Both the position numbers and the translations under genes were made by a program. DNA of 37,863 bases from an uncultured Bacilli bacterium. GTDB lineage: Bacteria > Bacillota_I > Bacilli_A > RF39 > UBA660. The notes under the pieces were generated by a model. It was given only the letters and a program-made list of their open reading frames with translations, had not been told where the DNA came from and did not search any database. The stretch spans positions 1 to 37,863 of the forward strand of contig CANQEQ010000002.1 in the NCBI GenBank assembly GCA_947595345.1, in the 5' to 3' direction. Shown piece after piece: positions 18,233 through 27,017 of the stretch (position 1 is the first letter of the stretch; each line of letters starts with the position of its first letter).

Positions 18233-19329
18233 TAATCAGTTAAGAAATCTTTTAATTTACGAGAACGACTTGGATGTCTTAATTTTCTTAAGGCTTTAGC
18301 TTCAATTTGACGAATTCTCTCTCTTGTTACATTGAATATTTGGCCAACTTCTTCAAGAGTTCTACATTGACCATCATCAAGTCCAAATCTTAAACGTAAA
18401 ACTTTCTCTTCTCTTTCTGTTAAAGTTAATAATACACCTGATAATTCTTCTTTTAACATACCAATTTCTGTAAATTCTTCAGGAGACATAGTTCTCTCGT
18501 CTTTAATAAAATCTCCTAAATGTGAATCGTCTTCTTCTCCAATTGGAGTTTCAAGACTTACAGGGTCTTGGCTAATTTTATATACTTCCCGAACTTTCTC
18601 TAAAGAAATTCCTAATTTTTTAGCAATTTCTTCATCCGTTGGTTCCCTATTTAATTCTTGTGTTAATTGACGTTGTACTCTGGCAAGTTTATTAATTGTT
18701 TCTACCATATGAACCGGAATACGAATAGTTCTTGCTTGGTCAGCTATGGCTCTTGTAATAGCCTGTCTAATCCACCAAGTAGCATAAGTTGAAAATTTAT
18801 AACCTTTTCCAGGGTCAAACTTATCAACAGCTTTCATAAGTCCAATATTACCTTCTTGAATTAAATCTAAAAACAACATTCCTCTTCCAACATATCTTTT
18901 AGCAATAGAAACAACAAGTCTTAAATTAGACTCAGCTAACATTGTTTTAGCATGCTCATCACCTTCCGTTGCAAGACGTGCATATTCAAACTCTTCATCA
19001 CTTGTAAGCAAATTAATACGTCCTATTTCCTTTAAATACATACGAACTGGGTCATTTATTTTAATATCTTTAGAGTTAGTTAAATCCTCTAAAATTTTAT
19101 CAGGAGATTCAATTTCTATACCAGCATCGTCTTCTCCTACTTCTTCTTCTGAAGTAATATCTATTTTATTTTCAAGTAAAACATTATATAAGTCATCTAA
19201 TGAGTCAGCATCAACATCTAAACCTTTTAGTTCATTTGCAAGTTGTTCATAAGTTACAAATCCTTTTTTCTTACCTTCTTCTACTAAGGATTTTTTTCTT
19301 TCTTCAAAAGTTTTAACTTCACTTACCAT
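18232..19329 (-). CDS. sigA: Primary sigma factor RpoD/SigA
   Basis: Region 2 reads [27 protein letters not shown] and region 4.2 reads [31 protein letters not shown] prefer ATG 19329, which has GGAGAG 8 nt upstream, over the track GTG at 19338. Confidence 0.95.
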   Translation of the reverse strand: MVSEVKTFEERKKSLVEEGKKKGFVTYEQLANELKGLDVDADSLDDLYNVLLENKIDITSEEEVGEDDAGIEIESPDKILEDLTNSKDIKINDPVRMYLKEIGRINLLTSDEEFEYARLATEGDEHAKTMLAESNLRLVVSIAKRYVGRGMLFLDLIQEGNIGLMKAVDKFDPGKGYKFSTYATWWIRQAITRAIADQARTIRIPVHMVETINKLARVQRQLTQELNREPTDEEIAKKLGISLEKVREVYKISQDPVSLETPIGEEDDSHLGDFIKDERTMSPEEFTEIGMLKEELSGVLLTLTEREEKVLRLRFGLDDGQCRTLEEVGQIFNVTRERIRQIEAKALRKLRHPSRSRKLKDFLTD

Positions 19330-21055
19330 TATTTTCACTCTCCATTTTAAGTTTCATGATTTGGTTACTTATTTTAGCTTGTTCAAGAGGGTCAACTTCA
19401 TTCATTATTAAATTCTCTAATCTTTTGATTTCAAGAGCTTTATTATAGTTTTTAATTACCATTAAATAATCTAAAATAGTATTACGATTAGGATTATTAT
19501 CAAGGTCAAGGGCTAAAATATCATTGAAAGTCTCATTTAAAACATTATTATTCTCCATATATGATTTAAAATCTGCCATGTTTATATAGCCATATTTTTC
19601 ATAAAAATAAGAAATTTCTCTTGCTAAAATACGATACGAATCAATCGGAAAATATAAATGGCTATTAATAACTAAATTTATTACATCACGATTTGTTAAC
19701 ATATAATAGATTAATGTTTGCATAGCTTTTTCATATTTATCTTTTTTACTCTTTTTAGGTATTACTTTAATCTCTTGTTCTTTTTCTTTATAATCCTTGG
19801 TATTTAATATCTCATTTAACTTTTTTTCCAAAGTATTATACCATACATTAGTTTCATTAGCAAGATTTTTTAGCATAATTTCCCGTTTTATTTCATCAGA
19901 TACTAAACTTATCTCCCCTAAAACTGAATTGATATAATTAGTTAACTCCGTACTACTTTGAAAATTAACCCCTTTTTTTAATATTTGAATTTTATAATCA
20001 TTATAATTAATGGCACTAGAAATCAAAGATTTAAACTTATCTTCTCCGTATTTTAAAATAAAATCATCCGGGTCTAAGTTATCACTTAAAGGAATAACTT
20101 TAACATTAAGTCCAGCTTCAACTAACATTTTTCCATTGTTAATTGTAGCTGTTTGACCAGCTTTATCACCATCAAGGGAAAGATAAACGGTATTAGATAA
20201 TTTTTTTAATAAAGATATTTGATTAGAAGTAAGCGAAGTTCCCATCGTAGCAACACAATTTTTAACTCCAATTGTATAAGCTCTAATAACAGCCATGAAA
20301 CCTTCCATTAAAATAACATATTTACTTTTTCTAGCTTCTTCTTTAGCTCTATGATAATTAAATAAATTTTCACCCTTTTTAAAAATAACAGTTTCTTTAG
20401 AATTTAAGTATTTATTAGTTTTTTCTCCATTATAAATCCGACCTGAAAAACCATTTACAACTCCTTTAGTATTATAAAGAGGAAAGATTATTCTATTTAT
20501 ATAAGTATCATAGTTATTAGTAGTAAGTCCTAAATCATTTAAAACTTTTAAATCATATCCCTTTTTCGTTAACATATTAGTTAAATTATCTCTTTTATCT
20601 AAAGAAAGTCCTATTTGAAATTCTTTAATTATATCCATAGTAAGGTGTCTATTAGCTAAATATTCCCTAGCTTTAGTACCTAAAGATGATAAAAGATTAT
20701 TTTGATAAAACTTTAAAGCTATATCATATATGTCATAAAAAACTTTATTTTTATCTTCTTTAATAGGTCCACTATCAATACTAATTCCAATTTCCTCTGC
20801 CACTATCCTAACAGCTTCTTTAAAAGAAATATTTTCAAACTTCATTAAAAAATTAAAAACATTTCCAGCTTCACCACAAACAAAACATTTATAAATTTGT
20901 TTTTCTCTTGATACACTTAAAGAAGGATTTGTATCATTATGAAAAGGACAAAGACCAAAATAGTTCTTGCCTTTTTTTTCAAGTGTTATATATTTACCAA
21001 TAAATTCAACAATATCTGTATTTTCCCGAATTTTATTTAATAAACTTTGTTCCAT
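19319..21055 (-). CDS. dnaG: DNA primase DnaG
   Basis: Zinc ribbon [30 protein letters not shown] and Toprim motifs ([17 protein letters not shown]). GGAAGG lies directly against the track ATG at 21061, so the ATG at 21055 (6-nt spacing) is the more likely start. Confidence 0.93.
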   Translation of the reverse strand: MEQSLLNKIRENTDIVEFIGKYITLEKKGKNYFGLCPFHNDTNPSLSVSREKQIYKCFVCGEAGNVFNFLMKFENISFKEAVRIVAEEIGISIDSGPIKEDKNKVFYDIYDIALKFYQNNLLSSLGTKAREYLANRHLTMDIIKEFQIGLSLDKRDNLTNMLTKKGYDLKVLNDLGLTTNNYDTYINRIIFPLYNTKGVVNGFSGRIYNGEKTNKYLNSKETVIFKKGENLFNYHRAKEEARKSKYVILMEGFMAVIRAYTIGVKNCVATMGTSLTSNQISLLKKLSNTVYLSLDGDKAGQTATINNGKMLVEAGLNVKVIPLSDNLDPDDFILKYGEDKFKSLISSAINYNDYKIQILKKGVNFQSSTELTNYINSVLGEISLVSDEIKREIMLKNLANETNVWYNTLEKKLNEILNTKDYKEKEQEIKVIPKKSKKDKYEKAMQTLIYYMLTNRDVINLVINSHLYFPIDSYRILAREISYFYEKYGYINMADFKSYMENNNVLNETFNDILALDLDNNPNRNTILDYLMVIKNYNKALEIKRLENLIMNEVDPLEQAKISNQIMKLKMESENNGK

Positions 21056-21120
21056 AAACATCCTTCCATAAAGAATATTTTAACACAATTTAAAGTAAAT
21101 TAAAATTGTTTATTATAAAT

Positions 21121-21882
21121 TTATCTTCTTAAAGATTTAATACCAATTATCTTAGAAGGCTCCTCTATTTCTTCTTCATGATTTAATTTATCTATTATGT
21201 TTCTATTTAAACTACTATAATAGTTATCGTCTTTTATATCTAGAGCTTTTTCACGCATTCTATAAATATTAACCTCACCTAAATCTTCTTTATAAGTATC
21301 TATATACCATCTTTCATTTGGATTATAGTTTCTATTAATACTATTTTCTATTCTATAAGAAATATCAAGTCCGACTTCTTTTATTTTAAATTCATATTCT
21401 TTTTCCTTGCATAAAGTAATTAATTCTTGTTTTTCATGTCTTATTTTTCTATATTTTTCTTGTAAATGTTCTTCTCTTTTATTAATTTTTTTATTAGTTC
21501 CATATAAAATACCTGAAATGATACTAGCTAAAATCTCATTTCCTAAAATGATTATTAAAAGATTAAGGATATTTTTAATTGTTAAGATATTATCTCCAAT
21601 ATTTAAAGGCAAAGCTAAGAAAATACTAGGAATTAAACCAGCTATAAATACAGCTAATTTTATATATTTTTTTAAAACTTTTATATCTTTAACAGCCATA
21701 ATTCTTTGTCTATATTCTTCTTCTTTTGTATCTAATCTATATACTTCATTTAAAAGCCCAAGATATTCTAAAAAATTCTCCTTAGAATTTACTTTTAAAA
21801 CTCTAGAAAAGCTTCCATCTTCTGATACTAAAGCATGTAAGTTATTAGGCATAGAAATACCCATAGTTATCTTTGTATTCAT
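21121..21882 (-). CDS. Hypothetical membrane protein with two TM helices and a charged coiled-coil-like C-terminus
   Basis: 253-aa ORF with an AAGGAGG SD. TM segments are KLAVFIAGLIPSIFLALPL and LLIIILGNEILASIISGILY. No family motif recognised. It occupies the first-gene position of the dnaG-sigA operon. Confidence 0.6.
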   Translation of the reverse strand: MNTKITMGISMPNNLHALVSEDGSFSRVLKVNSKENFLEYLGLLNEVYRLDTKEEEYRQRIMAVKDIKVLKKYIKLAVFIAGLIPSIFLALPLNIGDNILTIKNILNLLIIILGNEILASIISGILYGTNKKINKREEHLQEKYRKIRHEKQELITLCKEKEYEFKIKEVGLDISYRIENSINRNYNPNERWYIDTYKEDLGEVNIYRMREKALDIKDDNYYSSLNRNIIDKLNHEEEIEEPSKIIGIKSLRR

Positions 21883-21905
21883 GCATCCTCCTTAATTAAC
21901 TTACT

Positions 21906-21934
21906 ATTATATAAAATTATCAGCATCTTTTCAA
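21906..21934 (-). promoter_or_regulatory. Consensus sigma-A promoter for the 253-aa gene (and probably dnaG-sigA-trmK)
   Basis: On the minus strand, TTGAAA (21934-21929), a 17-nt spacer and TATAAT (21911-21906). Confidence 0.55.
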
Positions 21935-21955
21935 GAAAATTAAGCTAAAAAGAAA

Positions 21956-21984
21956 AAATACATAAACATTAAGCTTATGTATTT
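21956..21984 (-). terminator. Intrinsic terminator after esaB/yukD
   Basis: 10-bp stem (AAATACATAA/TTATGTATTT: 21956-21965 pairs with 21975-21984) with a 9-nt loop, 5 nt after the stop at 21989-21991. On the minus strand it is followed by UUUCUUUUU. Confidence 0.55.
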
Positions 21985-21988
21985 AATT

Positions 21989-22243
21989 TTATATTAATAT
22001 TAATCTTGTTCCATTTAGAATTTTAGCATCTTTAAGATTCAAATCCATGTTATAAAACTCACAAGTTTCACTATTCATTAAAGCATGATTAGAACTAATT
22101 GGATAAGCTCCATCAGATAGTTCATTTATTGCCTTAACAAGATTTAAAATAACATTACCAACTTTCTTATTAACAGGAAGAAATAAGTTATATTTAATAT
22201 CTAATTCCGGAACATATACTTCAACTAAAACTTTATGATTCAT
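21989..22243 (-). CDS. esaB: Ubiquitin-like type VII secretion protein EsaB/YukD family
   Basis: 84 aa, starting 1 nt after the essC stop, with a GAGGAG SD inside the essC 3' end. The length, the beta-grasp-like pattern and the C-terminal LKDAKILNGTRLILI match the I-x-DGD-x-L-x-LL ending of YukD/EsaB. Confidence 0.72.
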   Translation of the reverse strand: MNHKVLVEVYVPELDIKYNLFLPVNKKVGNVILNLVKAINELSDGAYPISSNHALMNSETCEFYNMDLNLKDAKILNGTRLILI

Positions 22244-22244
22244 A

Positions 22245-25200
22245 TTATAACTCCTCTACACTATTTTCAATTTTCGTGTTTTCTTCTTTTAAAGCTACTT
22301 CATCAAATGACAAGACTTTTACTAAAGCATGACGGCCATTAAGAACAACATAACCAAAATCATTCTTAATAGGAGTTTGTAAAGCTCTATCACTACTCTT
22401 TAATAACTTAATTGTAAATTGATTTGCAATTCCTTCACCAATCCAAATAGCATTATCTTGCATACTAACTTGTTTAAACCAAGTTTCAAATTCAATTTTC
22501 TTGAAGTTATCAATACCATCTACAACTACAAAATTAATAATTGGTAATTTAGTTGATTTATTAAATAAATTTGTCATTACTTGATTTAAGTCAATAGTTA
22601 ATTTACTCTTAAAGTTTGCAAAATCATAGATTACAAATAACATTGGTTGATATTTATTTATGATACTTTGGTCAAAACCACTTGCTTCATATTCAGAATA
22701 GATTTTATCAACATTATCATTAACACTTGTTAATACTTCGTCAAATCTACTATTATATTTAGTAATATTTAAGTAATTTTCTTTTATAGTATCAGTTGAA
22801 TCAAATAAATATGTTTTAAATTTTGTAATACTATTAAATTCACTTAATAATTCTTTAACAAAAGATTTAGTATTTTCTATATCACTAGCTGTAATTTTAT
22901 TAAAGAATAATTTTTTAAAGTCATAGATACAAGGTTCTAGATTTTCTTTATACATACCAATTGGAATATTATTTAGATTATCAAGTTTAGCTTCAAATAA
23001 CTTCATATTAACTTTATCTGGTAAGACAGGAACACTAATAGCCTTAGTTGTATATTTTTGATTAAGTTCTACAGCTAACTTCTTAAAGAATTCACTACTT
23101 TCTTCTTGACGTGATGGATGAGCAGTTTGGAATTCATAAATTCCTTCACCGACTTTAATTAAACCACGTCCAACAGCTTTAGATGGAACAATTTGAGTTC
23201 TACCAAGAATTGAATAGTAATCACTCTTATCATTTAATTCAAGAGCTAATACTAACTTGAAGTTTTGGGTTAATTTATAACGAACAGAACTTGTACCATT
23301 AGCAGTTAACATAAAGTAAATTCCAAATCTTGGACACTCTCTTGTGTATTTAGATAAAAGTTCTACATAATCAGGATACATTTCATTAAATGAATCAAAA
23401 CCATTAATCATAATAATTATAGCCGGTACTTCTTTTTTAGTAGATTTTCTATATTCATTTATACTACCAGCATAATTTAAGAATAATCTTTTTCTCTCTT
23501 CAAGATAAGTATTAATTAACTTAAATAAGTTTTCAAGTTTTTCTTTATCATTTGCTAAAATAACATCTCCAACATGTGGTAAATTACGTAAATTAGTCAT
23601 CGTTTCACTTGCAAAATCTAAAATATAGAAGTTAACCTCAGTTGGTTTATAAGTAGTTGCACAAGAATAAACAACCGTTGTTAAAACTAATTCTTTTCCA
23701 CTTCCGGATACACCATAGACTAAAGTATTTCCAGCTTCACTAATTGGCAAAGTAAGCAAATGTTGTTGTTGATTAACTGGGTCATCAAACTCACCTATAA
23801 CCGGATTAATTAGTAAACTAGGTTTATAGTTATATTTATTCTTTAAAGCATCTAACTTAATAAAGTCTGGAATACGATTTAACCATAACTGATTTACCAT
23901 AATATTTTCTTTATAAGCAATATTATCTAAGTATTTAACAATATTAGTAATTTCTTCACCTTCGCTTTTAATATTCTTTTTAACAGCATTGTCAACTGTT
24001 TTGTAAACAGCTCCATAGTTATTAATGAAATCCATAGACGTATCTATCTTTTTAATTCTAAAATCACTTGGATAATAAGGAGCACCAGCCCAGGCACTTT
24101 GTCCAAAATAGAAATATTCATTGAAACCAACTTGTAAGAAGAAACTACCAATGTTAGTAATATTAGCAGCATCATCTCGTTTTAACATATCCATAGAGTC
24201 ACTTCTATCTTGAACTTTCAAACAAACTTTAAAACGAGAGTTACTCCAAATTTGGTCATTTACAATACCACTTGGCTTTTGAGTTGCTAAGATTAAGTGT
24301 ACTCCTAAACTACGACCAATTCTAGCAATAGACATTAATTCGTCCATGAATTCAGGTTGTTGCATTTTAAGTTCTGCAAACTCATCACTTATAATAATTA
24401 AATGACTCATAGGTTCGTCAACTAAACCATTACGATATAATTTTTGATATTTATAAATATCAATAGTTGATTCATTTAATTTATCACGAGCTTCATTAAA
24501 GACTTTCTGACGACGACGAAGTTCACTATTTAAACTTGATAAAGCTCTTGTAATCTCTGATTGGTCAAGGTTCGTAATCGTTCCTGCAATATGAGGAAGT
24601 TTAACACCAGTATCTTTATTTTCAAAAGCTCCAGCTAAGCCTCCACCTTTATAATCTATTAAAACAAAATTTACTTCATCAGGGTGATAATTAACAGCCA
24701 TAGACAAAATATAAGTAATTATAAATTCCGATTTACCAGAACCAGTCATACCAGCAATTAATCCATGGGGTCCATGAACTTTTTCATGCACATCAAGAGT
24801 CAACAAATCTCCGGTTTCACTTATTCCAACTGGGGCTTGTAAGCTAGTAATAGGATTAGAATCACGCCAACGATTTAAAACATTTAACTGTTCAACCCGA
24901 CCAACATTATACATCTCTAAGAAAGTATAAGTTGAAGGAAGTAGGAATCTCCCTTTTTGAAATTCAATTGGAACATTAGCAACTTTAGTCGTTAAAAGTC
25001 CCATATTTAAGTTATTGAAATCAGCTTTAAATTCTTGTTTAATACCTGTTGTCAAATTAGGTTCTAGCATTAAACTTTTATCTTGATTTACATCTATAAA
25101 TACTTTAGCTTCATCAGGTAATCTTCTTAAACTTCTATCAATTGCTACAACTGAAAATCCTAAATTAGATTCTTCTTTTAAAATCTTGCTAAGTATTTCC

Positions 25201-26876
25201 ACATTACGCATATTCTTATAATTATCAGTTATTATTACATAATATGGCAAATAATTTCTAAAATCCGGATTAGAAACAACATTAGTTCTTTCTTTATCGC
25301 TGTACTTACGATTCATAAACTCGTCAAGTAAATAAATAGATATTTGATTGATTTCGTCTTTACAAGTTCCAAAAAATCTAAATGTCTTTTGATTATTCCA
25401 AACAAATGGTGTTAATTTTAAATACTCAAAATAACCCATATTCTCTTCCGTTGTTAAAACAACTAGTTTTAAATCCTCATAACTATGATAAGTAATCATT
25501 TGTAAAATTAAAGTTTCTAAGAATTGATAACCTAATTTTATTTCAGCTGTAATTGCCATAATATTTTTTTCTGTTAAATTAACAGAAACCGGAACATTCT
25601 CTAGTTTTTTATCTCCTCCAGCAACTTCATATAAAAGTTTCTTTAAATTATCGTCTACTAGTGTAAAACGTTCTTTTTCATATTCCACTGAAACTTTAGC
25701 ATCAATATCACCCATTCCAACGCGAAGATTTAAAAAGTCGTCATGACTAATCTTTCTCTCCCAAAGATTATTTTGTTTATTCATGATTACTTCAAAACAC
25801 TTTTCATTAGTTTGATTATTCTCAACTAAAATAAACTTTTGCTCTTCTAATTTATCTTTTATATCTTTTTCACGTTCATGAACATATTCAGTATATTTAG
25901 TTTGACGTAATTTCTCTTTTTTCTTATTATGATTCTTTTGCCAAATTCTTGTTATAAGAGGAACTATAAAGGAAGCTATTAAAGTAACTAAAGTAATTAC
26001 TATCATAGGCATAACTTCTTTTAAAGTTGCTCCTTCACTTAATCTTGAAATAGCTGAATATAAACTCATACTACTAGTAGCAGCCATTGTCATAGATGAA
26101 GCTAAAGTTAAGAAGAAAGGTGTTGACTCTGGGTCTTGATTTTCAGGTGGTGAATCTATATGAAATTTCTCGTCAACTATGTTTCTTTTAAATCTTGGAG
26201 TTCTAAAGAAATAATCTTCCTCATCATAAATATCAAGCTCTTCGTCTATTTCACTTTTTCTACTAGCTCCCCCTAAACTAATAGGCTTTAACTTAGCTGG
26301 ATTTATACTAACTGTATTTAAAGGATTATTAATAATCATATAGTTACCAAGAACAACTATTCTAAGTCCTAAAATAAAGATTACATCACCATTATAAAGT
26401 CTTTCTTTTTTAATACTACGATTATTTAAGTATACTAAATAAGTATCATTTAAAACTTCTATATACCAAGCATTTTCATAATAAATCCGAACATTAAAAT
26501 TACCTAGAAAATTATGTCTATATATAATATCAGAATTATTAGTTCCAATTTGAATACTAGCTGAAACTACATTAAAAAGCATTGTCTTATCATAAGTTGG
26601 AAGACAATATAAAATATATTTATAATCACTCTTACGATATAAAATTTCACAAGAAAAATAGTCTTCAAGATTAACACTTAAAACTGAAACATTATTAACA
26701 ATAATAGCTGTATCTTGAGTATTAGTAAGTAACCACTTGCCATTTTTTTCTTTAATAGTTATTAAGTCAATTTGATTACCATTGTTGTCAACATCTACAA
26801 TTTGAAAATCACCATAAATGGTATTAGGCAAAGTTGTTGTAATTATTCTCTCTTTCTTAAGAACTAATATCTTCAT
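22245..26876 (-). CDS. essC: Type VII secretion FtsK/SpoIIIE-family ATPase EssC
   Basis: 1543 aa. The N-terminal FHA-like region (~200 aa) is followed by two TM helices (PFFLTLASSMTMAATSSMSLYSAI, MPMIVITLVTLIASFIVPLI) and three P-loop-type domains. D1 is canonical (GLIAGMTGSGKSE near 24727-24753; Walker B LIIISDEFAEL). D2 has GVSGSGKEL (near 23701-23724). D3 has no recognisable P-loop. Confidence 0.9.
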   Translation of the reverse strand: MKILVLKKERIITTTLPNTIYGDFQIVDVDNNGNQIDLITIKEKNGKWLLTNTQDTAIIVNNVSVLSVNLEDYFSCEILYRKSDYKYILYCLPTYDKTMLFNVVSASIQIGTNNSDIIYRHNFLGNFNVRIYYENAWYIEVLNDTYLVYLNNRSIKKERLYNGDVIFILGLRIVVLGNYMIINNPLNTVSINPAKLKPISLGGASRKSEIDEELDIYDEEDYFFRTPRFKRNIVDEKFHIDSPPENQDPESTPFFLTLASSMTMAATSSMSLYSAISRLSEGATLKEVMPMIVITLVTLIASFIVPLITRIWQKNHNKKKEKLRQTKYTEYVHEREKDIKDKLEEQKFILVENNQTNEKCFEVIMNKQNNLWERKISHDDFLNLRVGMGDIDAKVSVEYEKERFTLVDDNLKKLLYEVAGGDKKLENVPVSVNLTEKNIMAITAEIKLGYQFLETLILQMITYHSYEDLKLVVLTTEENMGYFEYLKLTPFVWNNQKTFRFFGTCKDEINQISIYLLDEFMNRKYSDKERTNVVSNPDFRNYLPYYVIITDNYKNMRNVEILSKILKEESNLGFSVVAIDRSLRRLPDEAKVFIDVNQDKSLMLEPNLTTGIKQEFKADFNNLNMGLLTTKVANVPIEFQKGRFLLPSTYTFLEMYNVGRVEQLNVLNRWRDSNPITSLQAPVGISETGDLLTLDVHEKVHGPHGLIAGMTGSGKSEFIITYILSMAVNYHPDEVNFVLIDYKGGGLAGAFENKDTGVKLPHIAGTITNLDQSEITRALSSLNSELRRRQKVFNEARDKLNESTIDIYKYQKLYRNGLVDEPMSHLIIISDEFAELKMQQPEFMDELMSIARIGRSLGVHLILATQKPSGIVNDQIWSNSRFKVCLKVQDRSDSMDMLKRDDAANITNIGSFFLQVGFNEYFYFGQSAWAGAPYYPSDFRIKKIDTSMDFINNYGAVYKTVDNAVKKNIKSEGEEITNIVKYLDNIAYKENIMVNQLWLNRIPDFIKLDALKNKYNYKPSLLINPVIGEFDDPVNQQQHLLTLPISEAGNTLVYGVSGSGKELVLTTVVYSCATTYKPTEVNFYILDFASETMTNLRNLPHVGDVILANDKEKLENLFKLINTYLEERKRLFLNYAGSINEYRKSTKKEVPAIIIMINGFDSFNEMYPDYVELLSKYTRECPRFGIYFMLTANGTSSVRYKLTQNFKLVLALELNDKSDYYSILGRTQIVPSKAVGRGLIKVGEGIYEFQTAHPSRQEESSEFFKKLAVELNQKYTTKAISVPVLPDKVNMKLFEAKLDNLNNIPIGMYKENLEPCIYDFKKLFFNKITASDIENTKSFVKELLSEFNSITKFKTYLFDSTDTIKENYLNITKYNSRFDEVLTSVNDNVDKIYSEYEASGFDQSIINKYQPMLFVIYDFANFKSKLTIDLNQVMTNLFNKSTKLPIINFVVVDGIDNFKKIEFETWFKQVSMQDNAIWIGEGIANQFTIKLLKSSDRALQTPIKNDFGYVVLNGRHALVKVLSFDEVALKEENTKIENSVEEL

Positions 26877-26900
26877 AGTATTCCCTCTATTCTATATAAA

Positions 26901-26929
26901 ATTATAGCAAATAATCTATTACATAGCAA
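26901..26929 (-). promoter_or_regulatory. Sigma-A-type promoter for essC-esaB
   Basis: On the minus strand, TTGCTA (26929-26924), a 17-nt spacer and TATAAT (26906-26901). An AGAGGGA SD lies 5 nt before the ATG at 26876. Confidence 0.5.
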
Positions 26930-26970
26930 TTAAAATATTAAAAATTTTCTATTTTTTTACATTAATTTTA

Positions 26971-27012
26971 AGAAAAAAATATAAGAATTATTTTTTAGTT
27001 AATTCCTATATT
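26971..27012 (-). terminator. Intrinsic terminator of the U32 peptidase gene
   Basis: 12-bp stem with one G-U pair (AATATAGGAATT/AATTCTTATATT on the minus strand; 26978-26989 pairs with 27001-27012) and an 11-nt loop, followed by UUUUUCU. It starts 5 nt after the stop at 27018-27020. Confidence 0.72.
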
Positions 27013-27017
27013 CTAAT

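Noticed and set aside
21407-21895. 162-aa plus-strand ORF in the track
   Set aside because: It is antisense to the 253-aa gene. That gene has a consensus promoter and an AAGGAGG SD, while the plus-strand ORF has neither. Retaining the minus-strand gene is the more parsimonious reading, though neither has homology support.
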